A DNA stretch of 64,000 nucleotides from Firmicutes bacterium UBA1702. GTDB taxonomy: Bacteria; Bacillota; Clostridia; Peptostreptococcales; Anaerovoracaceae. The notes below the pieces were generated by a model. The model was given only the letters and a program-made list of their open reading frames with translations, was not told the origin of the DNA and ran no database searches. This document shows positions 10,081 to 19,803 of the stretch, in pieces; positions within the stretch are counted from its first letter, which is position 1; every line of letters begins with the position of its first letter. Both the position numbers and the translations under genes were made by a program. The stretch spans positions 107,049 through 171,048 of the forward strand of contig DCJK01000013.1 of the NCBI GenBank assembly GCA_002320005.1. Reading direction: 5' to 3'.

Positions 10081-10893
10081 TCATTCTTCCACCTTAACCG
10101 ACAGTTTAATAAGATAATTATAATATCCGTCGGTGGACAGATCATCAAGAATCACATCTTCATAAATATAATCTCCCAGAGTAAGACCCTCCGATGCCGC
10201 ATAATTTATCAGTTTCAGGCAGTTCTCACCCACATTGCGGTATCCGTGGTCATCGTAGATAACCAGGTATTCTCCACCGGGCGAAGTAAAGGTTTCTCCG
10301 GAAGATAAAGGCTCATCTATCACCGTATAAAATTTGGAATATCTGAAACCGGATGAATTTACATGGGGTACAGGGATGATGCTTCCTATGGGGCACGCAT
10401 TATAAAGCCCCAGCCTGTCACAGTAGTCCAGATGATCGCCAAGTGCCTCCATGACGGCTGCATCGTTTTCCGGTCCGTTATAATCCGACATGACCATGTG
10501 GCGCTGAGACATAACGCTTCGGGTTACAATACCGCTTACGGCATTGCAGCCTTCTTTTGTCACGTTGATTTTATTGGAAATATATTTTTTTGACCAATTT
10601 AGCGCTTTTACTTTTTTGTCTATTTCAGCACTTTTGGATTCCATCAGAGCTATAAGAGCTTCAGGAGAGCGGTGATCCATGTGAGCTTTTATTTCTTTTA
10701 TATGTACTCCCAGGTCTCTCAGCATGGTGATTACCGTAAAGGTCTCTATCTGAGTGTAGGAATAATACCGGTACCCGTTTTCCGCAACGATGTCAGGTTT
10801 AAATATACCTTCCTTGTCATAATAAAAAAGAGTCTGCTTGCCTACGCCGCATATTCCGGCAAACTCTCCGGTGGTAAAATAATTTTTGTGCAT
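10081..10893 (-). CDS. MerR family transcriptional regulator with a GyrI-like effector domain
   Basis: N-terminal YFTTGEFAGICGVGKQTLFYYDKEGI HTH, a coiled linker, and a C-terminal domain of about 150 aa. Confidence 0.8.
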   Translation of the reverse strand: MHKNYFTTGEFAGICGVGKQTLFYYDKEGIFKPDIVAENGYRYYSYTQIETFTVITMLRDLGVHIKEIKAHMDHRSPEALIALMESKSAEIDKKVKALNWSKKYISNKINVTKEGCNAVSGIVTRSVMSQRHMVMSDYNGPENDAAVMEALGDHLDYCDRLGLYNACPIGSIIPVPHVNSSGFRYSKFYTVIDEPLSSGETFTSPGGEYLVIYDDHGYRNVGENCLKLINYAASEGLTLGDYIYEDVILDDLSTDGYYNYLIKLSVKVEE

Positions 10894-11026
10894 AAATCAC
10901 CTCATAGGATTGGGCATGATTTTGTAACTTCTGTCCTTCTATTCTAACATTTCCGCAGAGAAAAGACAAATCCTTTGATATCAGGGGGATGTTGGTGTAA
11001 AATACAAGATACAGGAGGAATTAAAA

Positions 11027-11950
11027 ATGAAATATCTGCAGATTGACATAGAAATAAGAAAAAAGGAGATTGAACCTGTATTGGGGCTTCTGCTGGTAAA
11101 TGGAATTACCGATACGGTCATCGAAGACCCGGCTGACCTGGACAGACTTCTGAACAAGGAAGTAGAGTATGAGTGGGATTATATCTCGCCTGAAGTTCTT
11201 GCCAGAAAAGACAGCTGCCCTAAAATCACTTTTTATCTGGAAGATACCCGGGACAACAGGAAGAAAGCTGAGGATATTGCGGAAGCGGTGGTCGGAGATT
11301 TTCCCGAAGCCTGTATAAAGACAAGTCTCGATGATGACGAAGAATGGAAGGACAAGTGGAAAGAATTTTTCAAGCCTGCCAGAGTGGGAGAAAGGATTGT
11401 GGTTAAACCCACATGGGAGGAATATGCACCGGAGGAAAAAGATCTGGTAATTGAAATTGATCCGGGTATGGCCTTTGGAACAGGCACCCATGAGACCACC
11501 TCCATGTGTATAAAGCTAATGGAAAAGTATGTAAAGCCGGGAGATATGGTTCTTGATGTAGGATGCGGCTCGGGCATCCTTTCGGTAGCTGCATCGCTTC
11601 TGGGAGCAGGCAACACTCTTGCGGTGGATATAGATCCGGAGGCCGTAAAGGTGGCATCTGAAAATGTAGTTCTAAACGGCTGCAGTGACAGAGTTGCCGT
11701 AATGGAGGGAAACTTGGTGGAAGGTATAGATTTTAAAGCCCATGTGGTGGCTGCAAATCTCATGGCGGATCTGGTAATGATGCTCAGCAACCATGTGGCA
11801 TCTCACCTTCTTCCGGGAGGAATATATATATCTTCGGGAATCCTTACGGAAAAAGAGAAGATTGTCAGTGAAGCTATTGTGAAATGCGGATTCAGAATAA
11901 TAGAAGTTATCCATGACGGCATGTGGTGTGCTATTGCGGCAACTCTTTAA
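11027..11950 (+). CDS. prmA: ribosomal protein L11 methyltransferase
   Basis: DPGMAFGTGTHETT and LDVGCGSGILS SAM motifs. Lies upstream of rsmE. Confidence 0.9.
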   Translation: MKYLQIDIEIRKKEIEPVLGLLLVNGITDTVIEDPADLDRLLNKEVEYEWDYISPEVLARKDSCPKITFYLEDTRDNRKKAEDIAEAVVGDFPEACIKTSLDDDEEWKDKWKEFFKPARVGERIVVKPTWEEYAPEEKDLVIEIDPGMAFGTGTHETTSMCIKLMEKYVKPGDMVLDVGCGSGILSVAASLLGAGNTLAVDIDPEAVKVASENVVLNGCSDRVAVMEGNLVEGIDFKAHVVAANLMADLVMMLSNHVASHLLPGGIYISSGILTEKEKIVSEAIVKCGFRIIEVIHDGMWCAIAATL

Positions 11951-11961
11951 AGGAGAAATTC

Positions 11962-12708
11962 ATGAGCAGATTTTTTGTCAGACCTGAGGACATCTCAGGA
12001 GGAAAAATATATATAACCGACAGAGGAGATATACACCACATGAAAAAGGTGCTTCGGCTGGCTTACGGCGACGAGGTGGATATTTCCGACGGAGCAGTGT
12101 GGGAGTACAGAGCCAGAATAGAAGAGATAGGTGAAAACCAGGCGGTGCTGACCATTGTTGACAAGCAGAAATTTGCCAGAGAACCTCATATCAGGATAAC
12201 GCTGTTTCAGGGCATACCAAAGGCCGGGAAGATGGAAGGCATTATCCAGAAATCCGTTGAACTGGGCGTAGACAAAATAGTGCCTGTGTTTATGGAAAGA
12301 ACGGTAGTGGTTGACAAGGGCAATTTTTGTAAGAAACTGGAACGCTGGCAGAAGATAAGCGATGAGGCGGTAAAACAGTGTAAACGCGGAATGATACCAC
12401 AGATAGAGAACTCCTGCAGATTTGAGGAAGCCCTTACCATGCTGAAGGATTACGACCTAATTCTGTTTCCGTATGAAAACGAAGAAAATACCACCATCAA
12501 GGACTGTCTGAGAGGAATTACCGGCAGCGGAGAAAGCCCGGAGACGGTAGCCATAATAATAGGGCCGGAAGGCGGATTCAGCGACAGAGAGGCTGTAATG
12601 CTGGACGGTGCCGGAAGCAGACGGGTGACGTTGGGAAAAACAATTCTCAGGACGGAAACCGCCGGTCCTGCTGCCATTGCCATGACCATGTACGAGCTGG
12701 AGTTGTAA
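11962..12708 (+). CDS. rsmE: 16S rRNA (uracil1498-N3)-methyltransferase
   Basis: MSRFFVRPEDI... start with an AGGAG RBS. C-terminal IIGPEGGFS...LGKTILRTETA motif. Confidence 0.85.
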   Translation: MSRFFVRPEDISGGKIYITDRGDIHHMKKVLRLAYGDEVDISDGAVWEYRARIEEIGENQAVLTIVDKQKFAREPHIRITLFQGIPKAGKMEGIIQKSVELGVDKIVPVFMERTVVVDKGNFCKKLERWQKISDEAVKQCKRGMIPQIENSCRFEEALTMLKDYDLILFPYENEENTTIKDCLRGITGSGESPETVAIIIGPEGGFSDREAVMLDGAGSRRVTLGKTILRTETAGPAAIAMTMYELEL

Positions 12709-12740
12709 TTAAAAAATACAACACTTTTTCTACCTTTGAA

Positions 12741-13598
12741 TTGTCAGCAGAGGATAAACCGACTTATGCCAACAGCATAATTGCAGAAAACATTCTGAAA
12801 ATGGTAAAGAAAGAGCCTGTAATCAGCACCATTCAGGAAGCACGCGCAGGAGATTTCGGTGAGGTATTTACCGTAATCGGCACTGTGGCCAACGGAACTG
12901 CTGAAAGCGGAAATGCTTTCTTCGATACTATTTACATTCAGGATGAAAAAGGAAACGGAATCAATGTATTCCCTATCAATGACAATACTATCAAGCGCGG
13001 CGACCGCGTAATGATAACCGGTGCCGTAAGCGAATACATAGGTGACAAACAGCTCTCGGCTATTAACGTTACAGTCCTCGAAGGACAGGAAGAAGTTGTT
13101 ATCAACGATGTTACCACCAAGGAAGCTGATGACTATGATACCAACTTCGGAATGCTGGTTCGCGTAAAGGGCTATGTCAAGAGTGTTACCATGGCAGGAG
13201 ACCTGATTGAATCCATTGTTGTTGAAGACGAAAGCGGAGTATCCTGCAGACTGTTTATCGACGGATATATCGGATATTCTGATGAAAACTCTGCAGAACT
13301 GGAAACTTTCGTTAAGGAGGGTGCATATATCAGCGGAATCGGATTTGTTTCCCACAATGCTGAAGGAAACAGACTGAGGGGACGTGACCGCTCGGAAATC
13401 ATTCCGGCAACAGCACCTTCAGGTGATATTAACGGCGATGATATCAACAACTCCGACAACGGCGATAAGACCGATACAAACAAGCCGAATACAGGAGATG
13501 CAAGCAACGTGCTCCTGTGGACAATTCTTCTGATTGTAAGCGGAGGAATGACGGCCAAAATTTCTGTTTCAAGAAAAAGAAAACAGGAAGAAAGATAA
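12741..13598 (+). CDS. C-terminal part of a cell-wall-anchored surface protein (OB-fold-like repeats); probably a 5'-truncated remnant
   Basis: No signal peptide, no SD, only a TTG start. Ends with KPNTGD, a hydrophobic stretch and SRKRKQEER (tripartite sorting signal). Confidence 0.5.
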   Translation: MSAEDKPTYANSIIAENILKMVKKEPVISTIQEARAGDFGEVFTVIGTVANGTAESGNAFFDTIYIQDEKGNGINVFPINDNTIKRGDRVMITGAVSEYIGDKQLSAINVTVLEGQEEVVINDVTTKEADDYDTNFGMLVRVKGYVKSVTMAGDLIESIVVEDESGVSCRLFIDGYIGYSDENSAELETFVKEGAYISGIGFVSHNAEGNRLRGRDRSEIIPATAPSGDINGDDINNSDNGDKTDTNKPNTGDASNVLLWTILLIVSGGMTAKISVSRKRKQEER

Positions 13599-13609
13599 AA
13601 GATAATTAA

Positions 13610-13641
13610 AAAAATCCGGGGCTCTAAGCTCCGGATTTTTT
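13610..13641. terminator. bidirectional intrinsic terminator
   Basis: aaaaaaatccggggctctaagctccggatttttt. Confidence 0.7.
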
Positions 13642-13804
13642 ATTCTTCTTCTCTCTGCCATTTAAGGACTTTGCGGTAGGTGTTGCATCCGAATATGATT
13701 CCTACCACCAGAACGCCTGCGATGCTCAGGTTTCTTACGATCTTTGATACGTCTACGCTGACAGTGATGTCTGCTGTTTTCTCGCCTTTTTTAGGTAAAT
13801 TCAT
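13640..13804 (-). CDS. small (54 aa) single-TM hypothetical protein; below the ORF-track length cut-off
   Basis: GGAGGTG RBS 6 nt before the ATG. MNLPKKGEKTADITVSVDVSKIVRNLSIAGVLVVGIIFGCNTYRKVLKWQREEE. Lies 27 nt downstream of the deacetylase gene. Confidence 0.45.
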   Translation of the reverse strand: MNLPKKGEKTADITVSVDVSKIVRNLSIAGVLVVGIIFGCNTYRKVLKWQREEE

Positions 13805-13830
13805 GTTGTTCACCTCCGTATAAATACATT

Positions 13831-14700
13831 TTACCAGATAATCTTGTTCATGTCAAAATCAGGTGTGCGGAGAAATCTTTTTAATCCGAAAAGAGAATCA
13901 CTGTCGCCCCGCCGTATTTCATTCATCTTCTGGTAGCTTGTAAGAGAAATTTTAAAACCGGCCTCTTTAAGTATTGCATCTGCGCTTCTGTCCTTGGGAT
14001 AAGAGCCGTAAGGCCAGGCAAAAACTACAGGGACGGTGCCGGAAGCCGCAGATATCTTCCGGCTGTTGAGTTCCAGATCTTCTCTGAGAATAAGGGAATA
14101 AGTTTCAAAGCTCTCCCCGGCCTTCATATCCGCACCCTTTCTGCCGCCTTCGGTGGAGTGAAGATTATAAGTATGGCTGCCTATTTCTATGTTTCCTTCT
14201 GCAGCCATTATTGAAATTTCGCCCCAGGAGAGGCTGGAATTAAAAAGATTCCGGTATATGTCATCGGAACTGGAATCGCACTGGCTGCCTATAACGGATA
14301 TTACAGATTTCATGTGGTATTTCTGAAGCAGAGGAAAAGCAAGAGAGTAATTATTGGCATAGCCGTCATCGAAGGTTATAAGGACAGGTTTAGCGGGAAG
14401 CGGACTGCCTTTTTCAACGTAGTCTATGAGCTGGGCAGCGGAAACACTGGTGAAGCCATTTTCGCCCAGCCATTCCAGATCCGAACGGAAAGTATCGGCA
14501 GTAATAGTGTAGTCGTTTACCTTTGCCTTGCTGTCAGTAATTCCGTGATACATAAGTACAGGAAGGGTAACGGAATCACGACTGTCAGGAATCACCGGAG
14601 ATGATGAAGATGCGGTTAAACAGGAGGCGGAAAAAAGAACCATGGAGGAAATTGCCAGAATTGCGGTGATGATCGTAATGAAAAATGCTTTCTTTTTCAT
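13831..14700 (-). CDS. polysaccharide deacetylase (NodB-type) family protein, secreted
   Basis: Signal peptide, ITFDDGY and GSHTYNLH motifs. Confidence 0.85.
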   Translation of the reverse strand: MKKKAFFITIITAILAISSMVLFSASCLTASSSSPVIPDSRDSVTLPVLMYHGITDSKAKVNDYTITADTFRSDLEWLGENGFTSVSAAQLIDYVEKGSPLPAKPVLITFDDGYANNYSLAFPLLQKYHMKSVISVIGSQCDSSSDDIYRNLFNSSLSWGEISIMAAEGNIEIGSHTYNLHSTEGGRKGADMKAGESFETYSLILREDLELNSRKISAASGTVPVVFAWPYGSYPKDRSADAILKEAGFKISLTSYQKMNEIRRGDSDSLFGLKRFLRTPDFDMNKIIW

Positions 14701-14785
14701 ATATATTCATATCCTTTCAACGGAATATTTTATTCCTAAAAGCCCATCCATATGATATAATGATGCCATGGAAAAGGAAAATAAA

Positions 14786-16099
14786 ATGCGAGTAGCTTTT
14801 CACACTCTGGGGTGCAAGGTGAATCAGTACGAAACAGAAGCCATGAGACAGCAGTTTGCCGCACGGGGATTTGAGCCTGTGGGCGAGGAAGACATGGCGG
14901 AAGTATATGTTATAAATACATGTACCGTGACAAATCTGGCTGACCGCAAGTCAAGGCAATATATACGGCGTATGAAAAAGAAAAATCCGGATGCGGTGGT
15001 GGCGGTTACAGGCTGCTACGCGCAGGTAAAACCGGAGGAACTTGAAGCGCTGCCGGAAGTTGACATTGTGGCAGGCACAGGTGAAAAAGAAAATATAATT
15101 GAATATGTGATGGACTTCATATCTGAAGGCAAGAGCCAGCTGCACATAAAAAGCTATGATGAGCTTTGCGAATATAGCGGAAGCGGCATCATAACATCCA
15201 TGGAATCGCGCACCAGAGCATATATCAAGGTACAAGAGGGATGTGACAGATTCTGCAGTTACTGCCTTATTCCGTTTGCACGTGGCAGAGTAAGAAGCCG
15301 CAATCCCGAAGAAATCCTGGAAGAGGCCGAGACTCTGATTTCACAGGGATTCAGAGAACTGATACTGACGGGAATAAACACAGCGCTTTACGGTACAGAA
15401 GATGGATTCACGGAGAAATACGGTATTGGCGCTGAAGAGGCAGGAATTGAGCATATAATCAGCAGAATAAGCAGCTTGGAAGGAGACTTCAGAATAAGGC
15501 TGAGTTCACTGGAACCTGCGGTTATCAATGCCGAATACGTAAAGCGGCTGATGAAGTATGACAAGCTGTGCCATCACCTGCATCTGTCGGCACAGAGCGG
15601 CAGCAGCCATGTGCTTGAACTAATGAACAGACCATACAATGTGGAAGATTACATGGACATAGTCAGGGTGCTGAGAAGCTGCGATCCATACTACGGCATA
15701 AGCACCGATATTATTGCCGGATTTCCCGGAGAGACAGAAGAAGACTTCCGCGGCAGCCTGGAGCTTATTGAAAAAGCCGGCTTCTGCAAGGTACATGGAT
15801 TTAAATATTCGAAAAGAGAAGGAACGGCTGCTGCTCTCATGAAGGATCAGATCCCGGCAGAGATAAAGAATTCCAGAATGGAACGGCTTCTTGATGCCGG
15901 CGAAAACTGCGCGCGCAGATTCTTTGAAGGATGCGTGGGGCAGAGGCGCAGAGTTCTCTTTGAGGAACAGGAAGGAGAATATGTTACCGGCTATACCGAC
16001 AATTATATCAAGGTATACGCCCATGGCAGCGAGATAAACTGCTTTAAAGAAGTCACACTTCTTGAAATATACAAAGACGGAATGAAAGGAGAATTTTAA
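14786..16099 (+). CDS. mtaB: tRNA (N6-threonylcarbamoyladenosine-37) methylthiotransferase MtaB
   Basis: MRVAFHTLGCKVNQYETEAM, radical-SAM CDRFCSYC, C-terminal TRAM domain. Conserved position after prmA-rsmE. Confidence 0.85.
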   Translation: MRVAFHTLGCKVNQYETEAMRQQFAARGFEPVGEEDMAEVYVINTCTVTNLADRKSRQYIRRMKKKNPDAVVAVTGCYAQVKPEELEALPEVDIVAGTGEKENIIEYVMDFISEGKSQLHIKSYDELCEYSGSGIITSMESRTRAYIKVQEGCDRFCSYCLIPFARGRVRSRNPEEILEEAETLISQGFRELILTGINTALYGTEDGFTEKYGIGAEEAGIEHIISRISSLEGDFRIRLSSLEPAVINAEYVKRLMKYDKLCHHLHLSAQSGSSHVLELMNRPYNVEDYMDIVRVLRSCDPYYGISTDIIAGFPGETEEDFRGSLELIEKAGFCKVHGFKYSKREGTAAALMKDQIPAEIKNSRMERLLDAGENCARRFFEGCVGQRRRVLFEEQEGEYVTGYTDNYIKVYAHGSEINCFKEVTLLEIYKDGMKGEF

Positions 16100-16441
16100 A
16101 TGGCAGACTGTGTATTTTGCATGATAGCAAACCACGAGATCCCATCCAACATCGCCTACGAAGACGACAAGATAATCTGCTTCCATGACCTGGATCCCCA
16201 GGCACCGGTTCATGTTCTGGTTATCCCCAAGAAGCACATAGAGTCTCTGGACGATGTAAAAGAAGAGGATAAGGAACTGATGGGTCATATTATGATAACC
16301 ATCAAAAAGATAGCGGCAGAGCTGGGACTGGAGAAGGGCTACAGAGTGGTAAGCAACAACGGAGAGGATGCTTTCCAGACTGTAAAACATCTCCATTTCC
16401 ACATACTGGGAAAGAGAAAACTTACCTGGCCGCCGGGCTGA
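16100..16441 (+). CDS. HIT family (histidine triad) protein
   Basis: HLHFHILG histidine triad, 113 aa. Confidence 0.9.
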   Translation: MADCVFCMIANHEIPSNIAYEDDKIICFHDLDPQAPVHVLVIPKKHIESLDDVKEEDKELMGHIMITIKKIAAELGLEKGYRVVSNNGEDAFQTVKHLHFHILGKRKLTWPPG

Positions 16442-16601
16442 TAAACCCATATAACGAGAGACATACTTGCAGACAGGAGAACTGTCCTGTCATATGCTTT
16501 GCTTTTAAAATCTGCCGGCATTTTCTGAGAATGCAGGCAGATTTTTTTGCTCTGTGCCAAATGTTGAGGCGGAGCAGGTTTGCAAATAAAAATTGTTTTT
16601 T

Positions 16602-16627
16602 CAGAGGGCTCAGACCCTCTGTTTTTA
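16602..16627 (+). terminator. intrinsic terminator after the HIT gene
   Basis: cagaggg-ctcaga-ccctctg followed by ttttt. Confidence 0.7.
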
Positions 16628-16920
16628 TTGTCCAAAAGCATTTACCTTTTTCAAGGCAGTTCTTCTTCCAAAGGGTAAGACCCCAGGCACATGATCATCA
16701 TGCTCGCTGATTGAAGCTGAGTATGTGTTGACGATCAATTTCTTTCCCATGGAAAACTGCTGAGATAACTGAAATTATTTTCAGCCATGGCATTAACTAT
16801 TATAGGTGCTTTTTTCGCTGATAAAGAAACCCGGGTTTGATGTTCATATATGCGAGTGAATAAAAATTCTATAAAAGTGGCGAAAACACGAAAAAATATG
16901 AATAAAAATTCAAAAAAGCA

Positions 16921-16949
16921 TTGCATTTATTCATTAACACTGCTATAAT
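16921..16949 (+). promoter_or_regulatory. sigma-A type promoter of the C69 dipeptidase gene
   Basis: TTGCAT, 17-nt spacer, TATAAT. Lies about 50 nt upstream of the ATG at 16998. Confidence 0.6.
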
Positions 16950-16997
16950 CCCACATATAAACAACAACGATAAGACCTAAGAGAGGGGAAGACTGAA

Positions 16998-18827
16998 ATG
17001 AAATTATTAAAGAAAGCGGTTTCGGTATGTGTGGCATCACTTGTAGTGCTGTCGGCATGTACATCAGCAATGGCATGTACAGGAGTATATGTGGGAAATG
17101 AAGTAAGTGAGAACGGCAGTTCATATATGGGACGTTCAGAAGATATAGGAGATATGTACTGCAAAATTTTCGGCGTTGCAGAATCGAAAAAAATTGAACC
17201 GGGAGATGTTTTCACTGACACCTATGGATTCCAGATGGAATATGACAAATTTAACTATCCTGAAAACACATATTCATACACTTATGTAAAGGATTCACCT
17301 GCATATGGTGAAACAATGACAGATTCCGAAGGTAATCCCGTGGGAGAAGCATATGCTGAAGCAGGACAGAACGAAAAAGGCGTCAGCATGACAGCCACAG
17401 TATCCACCAGCTATAACAGCGACGCTAAAAAGGCTGATCCGCTGGTAGATACAGGTATCTGCGAGATTTCGATGACCAGCATCATACTGGGAGGAGCAGC
17501 TACCGCCAAAGAAGGTGTGGATCTGCTGGCTGCCATAATCGATGAATACGGTGCAGGTGAGTGCAACTCCATCATGATAAGCGACGCCAATGAAACATGG
17601 TATTTCGAAATTGTTTCCGGTCATCAGTACGCAGCAGTAAAGATGCCTAAGGATAAGGTATCGATACAGCCTAACATAATGCTGCTGGATGTGATAGATG
17701 TCGATGACACAGAAAATGTGGTTGCATCAAAAGACCTGGTTAAGCTGGCAGAAGAAAATGGATTTCTGGAAACAGATGAAACCGGAAAAATACATGTTGC
17801 TAAGACGTATGCCGGTGAGAATTCCGGAAAAGGACAATATTCAAGATATTGGCAGGGTGTGTACTATATAAATCAGGAAGCTGCAAAGCTCATAGACATA
17901 ACGGCTATCAACAACGGGGTAAATCCTCTTCCTCTTTACAATGACCCAACATACAAGCTTTCGACGCTGGACGTGCTGCAGCTTCTGGCATATCGCGGAG
18001 AAGGGTCTGATATGGATTCCAATAAGAATTCGGGAATTTACGCTATAGGAAATAACAGACAGGCTGAATGCCATATCTTCGAAACTCGTCAGAACATGCC
18101 TGCAGAGATTGCTACAATTCAGTGGCAGGCCATGGCAGATGCGGAATTCTCCATATTCATCCCTTATTATGCGGCACTGGTAACTGACGTTCTGGACAGC
18201 TACGATAACGAAGAACTTGCCAAGAAAGTCAACCGTGTTCCTGTGATAGATGAAGAGTTCCTTGAAAAAACACAAGGCTCAATCAACTGGAACTTCCAGA
18301 TGATAAACAACCTTTGCTACAATAATCGCGAGCTGTGCGCTGAAAATGTGAAAGCATATTTCGAAAAATGGCAGGAGAGCCTTATCGAGCAGCAGAAAGC
18401 CATAGATGAGGATATGGCAAAGATTTACGCGTATGATAAAGAGCTGGCCAAAAAGAAGGCAACAGAACTGGGAAAAGATCTGGCTAAACAGACACTGGAA
18501 ATGTCAGATTCAGTGCTTGATGAACTTGTCGCTTACCTTGACTCAGGAAGCAACGATCCATTTGTTCCAAGCGCAATGACCAATAACATCATGCCGGTAT
18601 ACAGCTTTGAAAATATCGGCGGAACAGGCCTGCCGGCAGATTCTGAAAATGAAGACAAGGAACCGGGAAATACTGCAGATGGAACAAAAACAGAAGCTTC
18701 CGTATCGAAAGCTCCTAATACGGGAGATTCCTCCGATATGGTAATCTATCTTCTTCTTGCAGCAGCTGCACTGACAGCAGCCGCAGCAACAGGGGCATGC
18801 AGCCTCAAAAAGACCAAAAACAATTAA
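16998..18827 (+). CDS. secreted peptidase C69 (dipeptidase A) family protein with a C-terminal cell-wall sorting signal
   Basis: Signal peptide ending AMA, then CTGVYVG (N-terminal nucleophile Cys). C-terminus has APNTGD, a hydrophobic helix and KKTKNN. Confidence 0.8.
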   Translation: MKLLKKAVSVCVASLVVLSACTSAMACTGVYVGNEVSENGSSYMGRSEDIGDMYCKIFGVAESKKIEPGDVFTDTYGFQMEYDKFNYPENTYSYTYVKDSPAYGETMTDSEGNPVGEAYAEAGQNEKGVSMTATVSTSYNSDAKKADPLVDTGICEISMTSIILGGAATAKEGVDLLAAIIDEYGAGECNSIMISDANETWYFEIVSGHQYAAVKMPKDKVSIQPNIMLLDVIDVDDTENVVASKDLVKLAEENGFLETDETGKIHVAKTYAGENSGKGQYSRYWQGVYYINQEAAKLIDITAINNGVNPLPLYNDPTYKLSTLDVLQLLAYRGEGSDMDSNKNSGIYAIGNNRQAECHIFETRQNMPAEIATIQWQAMADAEFSIFIPYYAALVTDVLDSYDNEELAKKVNRVPVIDEEFLEKTQGSINWNFQMINNLCYNNRELCAENVKAYFEKWQESLIEQQKAIDEDMAKIYAYDKELAKKKATELGKDLAKQTLEMSDSVLDELVAYLDSGSNDPFVPSAMTNNIMPVYSFENIGGTGLPADSENEDKEPGNTADGTKTEASVSKAPNTGDSSDMVIYLLLAAAALTAAAATGACSLKKTKNN

Positions 18828-18853
18828 GTTGATTGCATAACCAGAGGTTAAAG

Positions 18854-18895
18854 CCTGCCGCCATTTTTAAAAATGGCGGCAGGTCTGCTGTTTTT
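18854..18895 (+). terminator. intrinsic terminator
   Basis: cctgccgccattttt/aaaaatggcggcagg perfect 15-bp stem, with a T-run downstream. Confidence 0.75.
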
Positions 18896-18952
18896 GTGCG
18901 TATTGCAGAGGGGCGCATATGCAGGATGAGCCTGCAAAAGCCAAAAAATGTC

Positions 18953-18981
18953 TTGCACCGGCGGTATAAAAATAGTATAAT
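18953..18981 (+). promoter_or_regulatory. sigma-A type promoter of rpsU
   Basis: TTGCAC, 17-nt spacer, TATAAT. Confidence 0.6.
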
Positions 18982-19051
18982 ATATCCGTTATCGGCGAGA
19001 TAACTGTTCACAGGCTTATGTATTTCATTTTAGTCAGGAGGTGAATCAGGA

Positions 19052-19231
19052 ATGGCACAAGTAATCGTAAGAGAAAACGAAAGTTTAGAGAGCGCTCTTA
19101 AGAGATTTAAGAGATCATGCGCAAGAGACGGCGTTATGTCCGAACTCAGAAAAAGAGAACATTACGAGAAACCAAGCGTAAAGAAAAAGAAAAAATCTGA
19201 AGCTGCAAGAAAAAAGGCTAAGAAATACTAA
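19052..19231 (+). CDS. rpsU: 30S ribosomal protein S21 (59 aa; below the ORF-track cut-off)
   Basis: Manual translation gives [70 protein letters not shown]. Confidence 0.95.
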   Translation: MAQVIVRENESLESALKRFKRSCARDGVMSELRKREHYEKPSVKKKKKSEAARKKAKKY

Positions 19232-19294
19232 TTTTTACACAGTCATTCTTACCCTTGGAATGCACAACAGCTTCCGCGAATAGAGGTGACAGAA

Positions 19295-19741
19295 GTGACG
19301 ATAAAGGAAAGGCTTATGGCCGATTTCAAAGAAGCCATGAAGGCCAAAGACGATATTGCTAAGAACACCATCAGTCTTGCCAGAGCTGCCATAAAGCAGT
19401 ATGAGGTAGACAACAGGGAAGAACTTAGCGAAGAGGGCATCATTGCCATTTTATCCAAGCAAGTTAAAATGAGAAAAGATGCACTTGCTGATTTTGAAAA
19501 AGCCGGAAGAACAGATTTGGTAGATTCCTACAAAGCCGAAATAGAAATCCTGAACAGATATCTGCCCGAGCAGCTTTCAGAGGACAAAATCCTCGAGATT
19601 GTTAAAGCTACTGCAGCCGAACTCGGTATCGAAGGCGGCAAGCAGAATATGGGCAAGCTTATGGGTCCCGTTATGGCCAAGTTAAAAGGTTTGGCAGACG
19701 GCAACACCGTTAAAAAGGTTGTCATGGACTTTTTGGGATAA
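19295..19741 (+). CDS. GatB/YqeY domain-containing protein
   Basis: (V)TIKERLMADFKEAMKAKD... follows rpsU as in Bacillus. Start is GTG at 19295, or 19286. Confidence 0.85.
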   Translation: MTIKERLMADFKEAMKAKDDIAKNTISLARAAIKQYEVDNREELSEEGIIAILSKQVKMRKDALADFEKAGRTDLVDSYKAEIEILNRYLPEQLSEDKILEIVKATAAELGIEGGKQNMGKLMGPVMAKLKGLADGNTVKKVVMDFLG

Positions 19742-19803
19742 AGAGTACAGGCTCTCTGCTATGCGGAGAGCCTTATTTATTTGCAGGAGGTAATTGCAGA
19801 CTT

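Noticed and set aside
19742-19803. Possible molybdenum-cofactor riboswitch upstream of moaC.
   Set aside because: The intergenic region is only about 60 nt and is largely occupied by the yqeY terminator hairpin. That is too short for the Moco RNA motif.
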